Shown here: positions 34,784 to 48,077 of the stretch, one piece after another
How the letters are laid out: each line of letters opens with the position of its first letter
How positions within the stretch are numbered: the stretch's first letter is position 1
Assembly (NCBI RefSeq): GCF_963921235.1
Contig: NC_086100.1
Span: forward strand, 200,758,001-200,822,000
From: Mobula hypostoma
Taxonomy: Eukaryota
Length of the DNA stretch: 64,000 nucleotides
Reading direction: 5' to 3'
Position numbers and translations under genes: made by a program
Notes under the pieces: model-generated
Seen by the model: only the letters and a program-made list of their open reading frames with translations
What the model was told of the DNA's origin: nothing
Database searches by the model: none

Positions 34784-37700
34784 CTGGTGGCCGAGAATAA
34801 GACACGTCAGGGGTGGACAGACACAGAGGGGTCCGGGCCACAGCGTTAACACCTGGCGGGGATGAGGGTAGAGGGCCACAGTACAGACAAACGCAGGGCT
34901 GTGGGAGACACAGATGGCTGTAGAGGCCAAGTCATTGGCTATATTTAAAGTGGAGGCTGATACATTCTTGGGCGTCACTGGTTACAGGAAGAAGGCAGGA
35001 GAATAGGGTTGAGAGGGGTAATCTATCAGCCCAGGTGGAATGGCAAAGTAGACTTGCTGGGCCAATTGCTCCTATGTCTTATGGAAACCAGTCACTAGGT
35101 GCTCCACAAATACCCTGCTCCCCACCATCAGTTTTCAGCAGCACCTCCAGTCTCGGGTATCACAAACTGCTGGAGAAGCTTAGCAGGTCAGGCAGCACCT
35201 ATGGAGGGAATAAACAGCCATTATTCCAGGATGAGACCCTTTATCAGGACTGGAAAGGAATGAGGAGAATCCAGAATAAGGTGGTGAATGGAAGGAAAAG
35301 AGCACGTACAGGCAGGTGATAGGTGAGACCAGGTGAGGGGGCAGGTGGGAGGTCAAGGAAGAACATGGACAAGTTCAGCACAGTATAGGCCCTTTGGCCC
35401 ATAATGTTGTGCCAACCTTATTAGCTACCCCAAGATCAATCTAACGCTTCCCTCCTATACAGCCCTCCATTTTTCTATCATCCATGAGCCCATCGAAGAG
35501 TTTCTTAAATGCCTGTAATGTATCTCCCTCAAACACCACCTCTGGCAGGGTGTTCCACACACCTACCATTCTCTGTGTAAAATACTCATCTTCAAACATC
35601 CCCCTTATACTTCCCTCCAATCACCTTAAAACGATGTCCCCTCATATTAGCCATCTCCACCCTAGGAAAAGCCGCTGGCTGTCCACTCGATCTATCAACT
35701 TAGACATGTCTATCAAGTCACCGTTTGTCATCCTTCGCTCCAAAGAGAAAATCCTAGCTTGCTCAACCTGTCCTCATAAGATGTGCTCTCTAATCCTGGT
35801 AAATCTCCCTTGCACCCTCACTAAAGCTTCTATATCCTTCCTGTAATGAGGTGACCAGAACTGAACACAAAGTGTGGTCTAACTGGGGTTTAAAAGGCAC
35901 TGAGATACAGGAACAGAATTAGGCCGCTTAGGCCCGTTGAGTCTGCTCCATAATTTCATCATGGCTGATGCAATTTTCCTCTCAGCTTCAATCTCTCGCC
36001 TTCTCTCTGTGTCCTTCAAATCGAGAACCTATCAACCTCTGCCCTAAGTATACATAAAGACTTGGCCTCCCCACCCACCTGGGGGAACAAATTCCACAGA
36101 TTCACCACTCAGACGAAATAAATTCCTCATCTGTTCTGAAAGGATGCCCCTCTATCCTGAGGCCCTGTCCTCTGGTCCCAGACTTTCCCCACCAGAAGAA
36201 ACATCCCCTCCACATCCTCTCTATCAAGGCCTTTCACCATTCAACAGGTTTCGATTAGATCACCCCCCATTCTTCTGAATTCCAGTGAATACGGGCCCAG
36301 AGCCATCAAATGCTCTTCATACGACAAGCCATTCAATCCTGGAATCATTTGAATCTTCTCCAGTTTCAACACATCCTTTCTAAAATAAGGAGCCCAAAAC
36401 TGCTCACAGTACTCCAAGTGAGGCCTCACCAGTGCTTTATAAAGTCACAACATTATATCCTTGCATTTATATTCTAGTCCTCTAGAAATGAATGCTAACA
36501 TTGCATCTGCCTTTCTCGGTGACTCAACTTGCAAATTAACCTGCAGAAGGACTCCCAAGTCCCTTTGCACCTCAGATTTTTGAACTTTCTCACCGTTTAG
36601 AAAATAGTCAACCCTTTTATTTCTTCTGTCAAAGTGCAGGACCATACAATTCCCGATACTGTATTCCATCTGCCATTTCTTTGCCCATTCTCCCAATCTG
36701 TCCAAGTTCTTCTGTAGCCTCTCTACTTCCTCAAAACTACCTGCCCCTCCATCTACCTTTGTATCATCTGCAAACTTTGCAACAAAATCATCAATTTGGC
36801 ATCCAAATCATTGATATGTAACATAAAAAGAAGCGGCCCGTGGAATACCACTAGTCACAGGCAGCCAACCAGAAAAGACTCCCTTTATTCCCACTCTTAG
36901 CCCCCTGCCAATCAGCCACTGCTTTGTCCATGCTAGGATCATTCTTGTAATACCATGGGCTCATAACTTGTTGAGCAGCCTCATATGTGGTACCTCATAA
37001 AAGTCATCTGAAAATCCAAGTACACAACATCAACCAATTCTCCTTTGTCTATCCTGATGGCTATTTCTTCAAAGAATACCAACAGATTTGTCGCAAGATT
37101 TTCTCTTGAGGAAACTACGCTGACTGTGGCCTATTTTATCATGTGCCTCCAAGTACCCCAAAACCACATCCTTAACAATCAACTCCACATCTTCCCACCA
37201 CTGAGGACAGACTAACTGGCCTATAAATTTCCTTTCTCTGCCTCTCTCCCTTCTTGAAGAGTGGAGTGACATTTGCAATTTTCCAGTCTTCTGGAACCAT
37301 TCCAGAATCTAGTGATTCTTGAAAGATCATTACTAATGCCTCCACTATTTCTACAGACACCTTCTTCAGAAACCTGGGATAGACACCGTCTGGTCCAGGT
37401 GACATACCTGCCTTCAGACATTTCAGTTTCCCAAAAACTTTCTCCCTAGTAATGGCAACTTCACACACTTCTACCCTCTGATACTCTCGAAATTTCACCA
37501 TACTGCTAATGTCTTCCATGGTGAAGACCGATGCAAAATACTTATTCAGTTTGTCCGTCATTTCCTTGTCCACCATTACCACCTCTCCAGTATCATTTTC
37601 CAGCAGTCCAATATCCACTCTTGCCTCTCTTCTACACTTTATGTATCTGAAGAAACTTTTGGTATCCTCTTTAATATTATTGGCTAGCTTACTTTTGTAT

Positions 37701-38144
37701 TCCATCTTTTCTTCCTTAATGACTTTAGCTGCTTTCTGTTGGTATTTAAAAGCTTCCCAGTCTACTAACATCCTACTAATTTTTGCTCTATTATATGCCC
37801 TCTCTGTGTCTTTTATCTTGCTTCAACTTCTCTTGTTAGCCACAGTTGTGAGACCTTCATCTTCAGAAAACTTCTTCCTCTTTGAGATGTATAGTTACAA
37901 GAAAAAGTTTGTGAACCCTTTGTAATTACCTGGTTTTCTGCAATAATTACTCATAAAATGTGGTCTGACCTTCATCCACATCACAATAATAGAGAAACAT
38001 AACCTGCCTATACTAATAACTCACAAACAATTGTACTTCTCATCAATACGGAGTAACCATTTAACCAATCACAGTCTAGTTTCAAAAAAGTATGTGAACC
38101 TCTGGGTTCTGGCCTTCTACAATGGGTAGGTGTTCTAGCCAATG

Positions 38145-39945
38145 AAACATAGAAAACCTACAGCACAATACAGGATCTTCAGCCCATAATGTGCTAAACA
38201 TATAGCTACTTTAGGGATCACCTACCTTTACCCATAGCCCTCTATTTTTCTAAGTTCCATGTACTTATCCAGGTATCTCCTAAAAGACCCTATCGTATCC
38301 ACCTACATCACCATCGCTGGAAGCCCATTCCACGCTCTCACCACTCTCTGCATAAAAACTTACCTGACATCTCCTCTGTACCTACTTCCAAGCACCTTAA
38401 AACTGTGCCCTCTCATGTTAGCCATTTCAGCCCTGGGAAAAAGTCTCTGACTATCCACACGATCAATGCCTCTCATCATCTTATACACCTCTATCAGGTC
38501 ACATCTCATCCTCCATCGCTCCAAGGAGAAAAGGCTAAGTTCACTCAAACACACCACTGGTCACCGACCTCCATGCAGAATATGACCCGTCTACAACTAC
38601 TCTTTGCCTTCTGTGAGCAAGCCAGTTCTGGATCCCCTTGAATCCCAAGCCTCCTTACTTTCTCAATAAGCCTTGCATGGGGTACCTTATCAAATGCCTT
38701 GCTGAAATCTATAAACACAACATCTACTGTTCTACCTTCATCAACGTGCTTAGTCACATCCTCAAAAAATTCAATCAGGCTCGTAAAACACGACCTGTCT
38801 TTGCCAAGCCATGCTGACTATTCCTAATCGTCTGATGAGGGGTGATTGATAAGTTTGAAACCGAAGGTAGAAGGAGTCAATTTTAGAAAACTTAGCACAT
38901 TTATTTTTCCTACATTTACACACTTAGACCAGCGGTCGTGGAGCATATGGATCCCTTCTTTGTAGAAGTCGGCAGCTTGGACCTCCAAAAGTGGTCCACA
39001 GCAGGGGTGATTGACAAGTTCATGGCCTAAGGTAGAAGGAGATGAGTCATTAACTTCAAACTTTCTGCATTTTCACTCAGGGTTGAACTGCACGTGCATG
39101 TAACGAGAGCTGTATAACTTCTCTCCTTCTACCTTAGGCCACAATTTTATCAATCACCCCTGCTGTGGACCACCTGGAGGTCCAAGATACTCTCGTTACA
39201 TGGACGTGCAGTTCAACTCTTTGAGTGATTATGCAGAAAGTTTGAAGTTAATAACTCATCTCCTTCTACCTTAGGCCACGAACTTATCAATCACCCCTGC
39301 TGTGGACCACTTCCACAAAGAAGGGATCCGTACGCTCCATGGCGGCTGAACTAAGTGTGTACATGTAGCAGGGGACTATGTTCAAAAATAAATGTGCCAG
39401 GTTTTCTAAAATTGACTCCTTCTACCTTAGGCCACACACTTATCAACCACCCCTCGTATGCCTCTCCAAATATTCATAAATCCTGCCTCCCAGGACTTTT
39501 TCCATCAAGTTACCAACCACTGAAGCAAGACTCACTAGTTTATAATTTCCTGGGCCATCTCTACTCCCTTTCTTAAATAAGAGAACAACATCCGCAACCC
39601 TCCAATCCTCTGGAACCTCTCCTGTCCCCATTGATGATGCAAAGATTATTGCCAGAGGCTCAGCAATCTCCTCCCTCACCTCCCACAGTAGCCTAGGGTA
39701 CATCCCATCCGGTCCCGGTGACTTACCCAACTTGATGCTTTCCAAAAGCTTCAGAACATCCTCTTTCTTGATGTCTATATGCTCAAGCTTTTCAATCCAC
39801 TGTAAGTCATCCCTACAATTGCCAAGGTCCTTTTCCATAGTGAATACTGAAGCAAAGTATTCATTAAGTACCTCTGCTATCTCCTCCAGTTCCATACACA
39901 CTTTTGCACTGTCACACTTGATTGGTCCTATTCTCTCACATCTGA
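38145..39945 (-). mobile_element. CR1 fragment inside the Tc1
   Basis: Tail at ~38145; DFSKAFDKVPH, KSPGPDGMYPR; same subfamily as 11381-13182 and 56680-58465. Confidence 0.85.
38836..39456. mobile_element. Palindromic mariner-type MITE
   Basis: Ends [t]gaggggtgattgataag ... cttatcaaccacccctcg|TA; long inverted arms with internal re-iterations of the TIR unit; CR1 sequence is continuous across it. Confidence 0.85.
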
Positions 39946-40180
39946 TGAGATGAGATTGGAGGTGTGGGCTATAGAGGTGCCCTGTCCTATGAAAAAAGAC
40001 GCACAAAGTCAGGTTACTGACAGAGCACCATGCCTCAATGAAAACAACATTCAGAGGACTTTAGAAGAAGAATTGTAGAGACGCAGGGAGCTGGAAAAGG
40101 CTACAAAAGCATCTCTGAAGTCCTGAGTGCTCATCAGTGCACAGTAAGAGAAATTGTCTACAAATGGAGGAAATTCAATA

Positions 40181-40889
40181 GTTAACTTTTCTTAGGCTTC
40201 CAGCTGGATACCTGTACCTTTTCAATTTTCATCAGGGACAATGTCTGGGCACGGCTAGTCCAGTGGTATTTATACACCTGTCACTCATCCCTCCTGATTG
40301 GATGAGGACTAAACAATTCCAGTTCTTACTTAGAGCGAGACCTTCACCCTTGTTAAAGTTCTTGTTCTCTGGTTATATTTCAAAAGGCTTCATTCACCAG
40401 GCAGTCGTAAAATCCATTGGCGCTGCAGTTTGGGCTGTTGAAGTCAATCCTATGGCCATTGCGAATGCAGTGTTCTGCTACCGCCGATTTCTCGCAGTAA
40501 CCAAACGGACACATCTCCTGTACTCCTCGATGCAGGTTTCCACCATGCATTCCGTCTGACCGACACACGCTGCTCTGTATTCACAGGAAATCCTGTAAAC
40601 AACAGCCGTCCTAAGTCCCAGGTCACCTTTGACCCACATAAACTGGGATTTGAGCTTCCTTATGGGTTTGTGGGTGGCACTAATCCGGTGTTTCTTCAGG
40701 ATCCTGGTGATCCTTCAGAAACTATGGAAGTATAGGCCGACAGGAAACGCAACAACAAGGAGGAACCTGCACTACCATCTGTCTTCCTGAAATGTCTGGT
40801 TTCTGGAAGGATCGCCAGGATCCTGAGGAAATACCAAATTAATACCGTGCACAAGCTGTGATATATGTGGGGAAAGCACTAGATCTTTT
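40181..40889 (-). mobile_element. Second-family Penelope 3' fragment with inverted 5' piece
   Basis: GIY-YIG C-terminus EKSAVAEHCIRNGHRIDF; 40790-40870 is an inverted copy of ~40630-40730; candidate TSD ttcaata/ttcagta. Confidence 0.75.
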
Positions 40890-41013
40890 TTCAGTATTGT
40901 TGCTGTTCTCCCTAGGGGTGGGCATCCTGCAAAGACCACGTCAGAGCACAATGCGCAATGCTGAAGGTGAAAAAGACCCAAGGAAATCTCTAGAACTTGC
41001 TGAAGTCTCTGTT

Positions 41014-44000
41014 TATAACCATATAACAATTACAGCACGGAAACAGGCCATCTCAGCCCTTCTAGTCCGTGCCGAACTCTTACCCTCACCTCGTCCCACA
41101 GACCTGCACTCAGCCCATAACCCTCCATTCCTTTCCTGTCTACATAGCTGTCCAATTTAACTTTAAATGACAATATCGAACCTGCCTCAACCACTTCTGC
41201 TGGAAGCTCGTTCCACACAGCTACCACTCTCTGAGTAAAGAAGTTCCCCCTCGTGTTACCCCTAAACTTTTGCCCTTTAACTCTCAACCCATGTCCTCTT
41301 GTTTGAATCTCCCCCACTCTCAATGGAAAAAGCCTATCTACATCAACTCTATCTATCCCTCTCATAATTTTAAATACCTCTATCAAGTCCCCCCTCAACC
41401 TTCTATGCTCCAAAGAATAAAGACACAACTTGTTCAACCTTTCTCTGTAACTTGGGTGATGAAACCCAGGTAACATTCTAGTCAATCTTCTCTGTACTCT
41501 CTCTATTTTGTTGACATCTTTCCTATAATTCGGTGACCAAAACTGCACACAATACTCCAAATTTGGCCTCACCAATGCCTTGTACAATTTCAACATTACA
41601 TCCCAACTGCTATACTCAATGCTCTGATTTATAAAGGCCAGCATACCAAACGCTTTCTTCACCACCCTATCCACATGAGATTCCACATTCAGGGAACTAT
41701 GCACCATTATTCCTAGATCCCTCTGTTCGACTGCATTCTTCAATGCCCTACCATTTACCATGTATGTCCTATTTTGATTAGTCCTACCAAAATGTAGCAC
41801 CTCACATTTATCAGCATTAAACTCCATCTGCCATCTTTCAGTCCACTCTTCCAACTGGCCCAAATCTCTCTGCAAGCCCTGAAAACCTACTTCATTATCT
41901 ACAACTCCACCTATCTTAGTATCATCTGCATACCTACTCATCCAATTTACCACCCCATCATCCAGATCATTAATGTATATGACAAACAACATTGGATCCA
42001 GTACAGACCCCTGAGGCACACCACTAGTCACTGGCCTCCAATCTGACAAACAGTTATCCACCACTACTCTCTGGCGTCTCCCATCCAGCCACTGCTGAAT
42101 CCATTTAACTACTTCAATATTAATACCTAACGACTGAACCTTTCTAACTAACCTTCCGTGTGGAACCTTGGCAAAGGCCTTACTGAAGTCCATATAGACA
42201 ACATCTGTCGCTTTACCCTCGGCAACTTTCCTAGTTGTCAAACATGAACTTCCACACACAAATTCAAGCAACACACATCAAAGTTGCTGGTGAACGCAGC
42301 AGGCCAGGCAGCATCTCTAGGAAGCGGTACAGTCGACGTTTTAGGCCGAGACCTTTCGTCAGGACTAACTGAAAGAAGAGCTAGTAAGAGATTTGAAAGT
42401 GGGAGGGGGAGGGGGAGATCCAAAATGATGGGAGAAGACAGGAGGGGGAGGGATGGAGCCAAGAGCTGGACAGGTGATTGGCAAAAGGGATATGGGAGGA
42501 TCATGGGACAGGAGGCCTAGGGAGAAAGAAAAGGGGGAGGGGGGAAACCCCAGGGGATGGGCAGGGGGTATAGTGAGGGGGACAGAGGGAGAAAAAGGAA
42601 AGAGAGAAAAAGAATGTGTGTATATAAATAAATAATGGATGGGGTTCGAGGGGGAGGTGGGGCATGAGAAGCTTGAGAAGTCAATGTTCATGCCATCTGG
42701 TTGGAGGCTACCCAGACGGAATACAAGGTGTTGTTCCTCCAACCTGAATGTGGTTTCATCTTTACAGTAGAGGTGGCCGTGGATAGACAAATCAGAATGG
42801 GAATGGGACGTGGAATTAAAATGTGTGGCCACCGGGAGATCCTGCTTTCTCTGGCGGCCAGAGCGTAGGTGTTCAGCGAAACGATCACCTCATTTACTCC
42901 ATGCTGCCTATATTTATTGTATATATCGCTCTTTTTCCGAACCAAGTTTCCAATATCCCTTGAAAATAATGGCTCTCTCAAACTTTTAACCTTTCCTTTC
43001 AACCTAACAGGAACATAGAGATTCTGTACTCTCAAAATTTCACCTTTAAATGACCTCCATTTCTCTATTACATCCTTCCCATAAAACAATTTGTCCCCAT
43101 CCACTCCTTCTAAATCCTTTCGACCTCCTCAAAGTTAGCCTTTCTCCAATCAAAAATCTCAACCCTGGGTCCAGACCTATCCTTCTCCATAATTATATTG
43201 AAACTAATAGCATTGTGATCACTGGACCCGAAGTGCTCCCCAACACAAACCTCCGTCACCTGACTTATCTCATTCCCTAACAGGAGATCCAACACTGCCC
43301 CTTCTCTAGTTGGTACCTCTATGTATTGCTACAAAAAACTATCCTGCACACATTTTACAAACTCCAAACCATCCAGCCCTTTTATAGTATGGGCTTCCCA
43401 GTCTATGTGTGGAAAATTAAAATCTCCCGCAATGACAACCTTGTGCTTACTACAAATATCTGCTATCTCCTTACAAATTTGCTCTTCCAATTCTTGCTCC
43501 CCATTTGGTGGTCTATAATACACCCCCATAAGTGTTTCTACACCTTTCCCATTCCTCAATTCCACCCAAATAGCCTCCCTAGACGAGCCCTCTAATCTAT
43601 CCTGCCAGAGCACCGCTGTTATATTTTCTCTGACAAGCAATGCAACACCTCCCCCTCTTGTCCCTCCGATTCTATCATACCTGAAGCAACAAAATCCAGG
43701 AATATTTAGTTGCCAATCACACCCCTCCTGTAACCATGTTTCACTAATAGCTACCACATCATACTTCCAGGTATCAATCCATGCTTTAAGTTCATCCACC
43801 TTTCTTACAATGCTCCTAGCATTAAATTAAATGCATTTAAGAAATTTTCCACTTCTTACTCTCTGCTTATCACTAACGGTGCAAACAACTTTACTGTTTT
43901 CTTTATCTTCCTTCTCCCCTACATCTGTTCCTACACTCTGGTTCCCCTTCCCCCTTGTATCTAGTTTAAATCCACTGGAGCCTCTCTAGCAAACCTACCT

Positions 44001-45225
44001 GCAAGAATATTTGTCCCCCTCCAGTTCAGATGTAAACCGTCCCACTCCCACCTTCCCTGGAAAACTGCCCAATTATCTATAAATCTGAAGCCCTCCCTCC
44101 TGCACCATGTCTTCAGCCATGTGTTGATCTGCGCTATCTTACTATTTCTAAACCTGCCTGCACGTGGCACTGGTAGCAATCCTGAGATTGTTATCCTGGA
44201 GGTCTTGTCCTTTAACTTGGCTCCTAACTCCCTAAACTGACCTTTCAGGACCTCCTCACTCTTGCTCTCCACGTCATTAGTCCCTACATGGACCACGACA
44301 TCTGGCTGCCTACCCTCCCTCTTGAGAATACCGAGAACTCGACCCGAGATATCGTGAACCTTGGCACCAGGGAGGCAACAGACCATCCGGGAATCTCGAT
44401 CTCTTCCACAGAACCTCTCATCTGTCCCCCTAACTATCGAATCCCCTGTCACTACAGCTCTCCTCTTTTCCCTCCTTCCCTTTTAAATTGAGGGTCCCAT
44501 CTCGGTGCCAGAGACGCAACCACTGCAACTTGTCCCTGGTAGGTCGTCCCCATCAACAGTATCCAAAACGATGTCCTTATTATTGATGGGAACGGCCACA
44601 GGGGTGCTCTGCTCTTTCTGTCTATTCCCCTTCCCTCTCCTGACAGTCACTCAGCTACCTGACTCCTGACTCTTAGGGGTGACTATCTCCCTGTAACTCC
44701 TGTCTATTTCTGCCTCTGCCTCCCGAATGATCCGAAGTTCGTCCAGCTCGTTTCCTAACTCGGTTTGTCAGGAGCTGCAGCTGGATGCACGTTTTACAGG
44801 TGTAGTCATCAGGGACGATTGTGCTCGCCCTGACTTCCCACATACTGCAAACGGAGCACTCAACTGCCCTAACTGCTGCCTCCATTACCTACTCTTAAGG
44901 TAATTAGATTTATTGAAGTAACTTACCCAGCCTTACCTCACTGGGAGTGAAGCTCTTCCTCAGCCTCTGCGTGCCGAAGCCTCGGGAGCCAAAGCCTTCC
45001 TACTCTGTCTCCCACTACTCCGTCGCCCACTCCGTTAATCTGCTCTCTTTTAACCACTCCTGCTGCCTCACAGTCCAATTTACACTCGCTTGCGCAGTCG
45101 TGCCCCGTTCAACTGCCAAAGAAATGACCGACTTCCACAAACTGCTCTCTTTCGACCACTCCCGCTGCCTCACGGTCCGACTTACACGCGCTTGCACAGT
45201 CGTGCCCCGTTCAACTGCCGAAGAA
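41014..45225 (-). mobile_element. Near full-length CR1 (5' UTR, ORF1 zinc finger + esterase, ORF2) with internal deletion
   Basis: ORF1 VECSVCSMW...YTCKTC (44885) and GDSIVR SGNH esterase (44452); APE ISETWL, GDFN, GSSDH; RT ORF 41030-42274; accatataa tail; two ~102-bp tandem units in the 5' UTR (45040-45219). Confidence 0.92.
42267..42882 (-). mobile_element. Penelope 3' fragment (same family as 2171-5525)
   Basis: Near-identical to 2165-2775; ATHFNSTSHSHSD...GSLQPDGMNIDF; hammerhead copy at 42331-42366 with GAAA mutated to AAAA. Confidence 0.9.
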
Positions 45226-48077
45226 AGTGTGTCCACTATAAGAAAAATACTGAACAAGAATGGTGTTCATGGAAGGACACCATGGAGGAAACCATTGCTC
45301 TCAAAAAGAAAACATTGCTGCATGTCTCAAGCTTGCAAAAGATCCACCTAGATGTTTCACAGCCCTGCAGGGTCAATGTTCTGTGGACAGAAAAGACAAG
45401 AGTTGAACTTTTTGGCAGAAAAAGATTTGGAGGAAAAAGGGCACTGCACACCAACACCTCATCCCAACTGCGAAGCACGGTGGAAGGAGCATCATGGTCT
45501 GGGGCTGCTTTCTGCCTCAGGGCCTGGACAGCTCGCAATCATTGAGGGAACAATGAGTTCAAAATTGTATCAAGACATTTTGCAGGGGAATATCAGGGTA
45601 GTGGTCCATCACCTGAAGTGTAATAGAAGTTGGATGATGCAACAAGACAATGATCTGAAACACAAGAGTAAATCAACAACAGAATGATTTAAAAAGAAAA
45701 TTTGTATTTTGGAATGGCGAAGTCAGAGTCCAGACCTTAACCCAATTGAGATGCTGTGGCATGACCTGAAGAGGGTTGTTCATACAAGGCATCCCAGAAA
45801 TATCCATGAACTGAAACAGTTTTGTATGGAGGAATGGTCTAAAATTCCACCTCACCATTGTGCAAGTCTGATCAGCGACTCCAGGAAACGAATGGTGGAG
45901 GTTATTGCTGGTAAAGAAGGCTCGTTCGGTTATTAAATACAAGGGTTCACATACTTCTTCCAGCCTGGATTGTGAACGATTAAACAACGTTCGATTAAAG
46001 ACATGAAAAATACAGTTAGAAACACAGAAAACCCACAGCACAATATAGACCCTTTGGCCCACAAAGCTGTGCCGAACATGTACTTACTCTAGAAATTACC
46101 TAGGGTTACCCATAGCCCTCTAGTTTTCTAAGCTCCATGTACCTATCCAGAAGCCTCTTTAAAAGATCCGACTGACTTCGCCTCCACCACCATTGCCGGC
46201 AGCCCATTCCACGCACTCAGCACTCTCCGTATAAAAAACTTACCCCTGACATCTCCCCTGTACCTACTTCCAAGCACCTTAAAACTCTGCCCTGAAATTG
46301 TTTGTGCGTTATTAGTTTAGGCAGATTGGGTTTGTCTATTACTGTGACTTAGATGAAGACCAGAACACATTTTATAAGTAATTAACGCAAAAACACAAGT
46401 AACTGCAAAGGGTTCACAAACTTTTTCTTGCAACTGTAGATAACCTGTGCCTTCCAAATTGCTTTCAGAAATTCCAGCCATTGCTACTCTGCTGTCATCT
46501 CTGCCTGTGTTCTTCCCAATCAGTTTTCACCAGCTCCCCTCTCATGCCTCTGTAATTCCATTTATTCAACTGTAATTCTAATGCATCTTACTTTAGCTTC
46601 TCCTTCTCAAATTTCAGGGGGAATTGAATCATATAATGATCACTTTCCCCCAAGGGTTCTTTTACCTTACGCTCTCTAATCAATTCTGGTTCATTGCACA
46701 ACACCCAGTCCAGAATAGCTGATCCTCTAGCGGGCTCAACAACAAGCTGCTCTAAACAAACATCTTGTAGGAATTCTACAGATTCCCTCCCCTGATATCC
46801 AAAGCCAACCTGATTTTCCCAAATTGCCTGCTTATTGAAATCCCCCATGACTATTGTAACTTTGTTCTTTTGGCATGCATTTTGAATTGACTTTATTTCT
46901 TACATCCTTCACATACATGAGGAGTAAAAATCTTTACATTGCATTTCCATCTGAATGTGCAGAGTGCAAATTATAGTCAATCGTAATTAATAGTATGTAC
47001 ACTAAGATATACAACAGAACAGTCAATATAGCTTAGAAATACAGTTGTGTCAGTGTGAATTAATCAGTCTGATGGCCTGTTGGTCCTGGCTTTAATGCTG
47101 TGGTACCGTTTCCCGGATGGTAGCAGCTGGAATGGTTACTGTACTATTACGATCTCCTGTTGTAATTTGTAGGCCACATCCTTACTACAGTATATGACTC
47201 CCATTAGGGTCTTTTTACCCTTGCAGATCCCTAGCTCTACCCAAGACGATTCAACACTTTCCCACCGCATGTCACCTCTTTCTAATGATTTGACACTTTT
47301 TTTACCAACAAAACCACACCAATGCCCTCAGCCCACCTGCCTGCTCTTTCGATACAATATGATTCTTGGACTTTAAGCTCCCAGCTAGAATCTTCTTTCA
47401 GCCATGATTCAGTGATGCCTACAACATCATACCTTCCGATTATTAACTGTGCTACAGGTTCATCGACCTTATTCCACACACTGCATGCATTCAAATATAA
47501 CACCATTAGTCCTGTATTCACCCTTTTTAATTTTATCCACCTCTTACATTGAACCCTTTCAATGAAGCTGGGAGGTGATAGGTGGAAGAGGTAAAGGCTG
47601 AAGAAGGAATCTGTTAGGAGAGGAGAGTGGATCATGGGAGAAAGGGAAGGAGGAGGTGAACCAGATGGAGGTGATGGGTGAGGAGAAGAGAAGGGGTGGG
47701 AGGGGAACCAGAATGGGGAATGGAAAGAAGATTTTGAGAAATCGATGTTCACGCATTCAGGTTAGAAGCTCGCATAACTGGGAGAATAAAAATAACATAC
47801 CATTGTTATGTTATTTTCAGCATTTTTACCCTGAAACGCTTTACCTTCCTCCTGAGCATACATCCCTTGCTTAAGTTCTAGTCTACAACTCTATTCCAAG
47901 TATACTTTTAATCTTAAAACACTGAGCTCCTTATGAGATTACTGTCTGTAAATCGCTCCATCTTCGTGGATCCTTACAAGAGGCAAATCTTTGTGTGTTC
48001 CTGATCAGATTTTAGGGTTTTGGAGAGGTTGGGAATGGGGGTTAAGTGGGACAGTAAGAAGGAGAAGGTGCCTTTAC

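Larger units (their letters stand above)
37892..46436 (+). mobile_element. Tc1-family DNA transposon expanded by nested insertions
   Basis: TIRs [t]agtt[a]caagaaaaagtttgtgaaccc / gggttcacaaactttttcttgcaactg, TA on both sides, inner DR-like copies at ~38080 and ~45943; transposase pieces ~40030-40180 (GKGYKSIS), 40890-41013, and 45226-45936 (QQDNDLKH, SQSPDLNPIEMLW). Confidence 0.9.
35375..47555 (-). mobile_element. CR1 fragments; the copy at ~35900-37891 resumes at 46437 after the Tc1 insertion
   Basis: RT motifs 36241-37771; tttgagatgTA|Tc1|TAgataacctgtgcc junction; APE motifs at 46588-46848 and 47282-47555. Confidence 0.8.

Noticed and set aside
38836..39456. Spaced repeats resembling a CRISPR array
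   Set aside because: Units occur in both orientations with repeated spacers inside TIRs; eukaryotic MITE, no cas genes.
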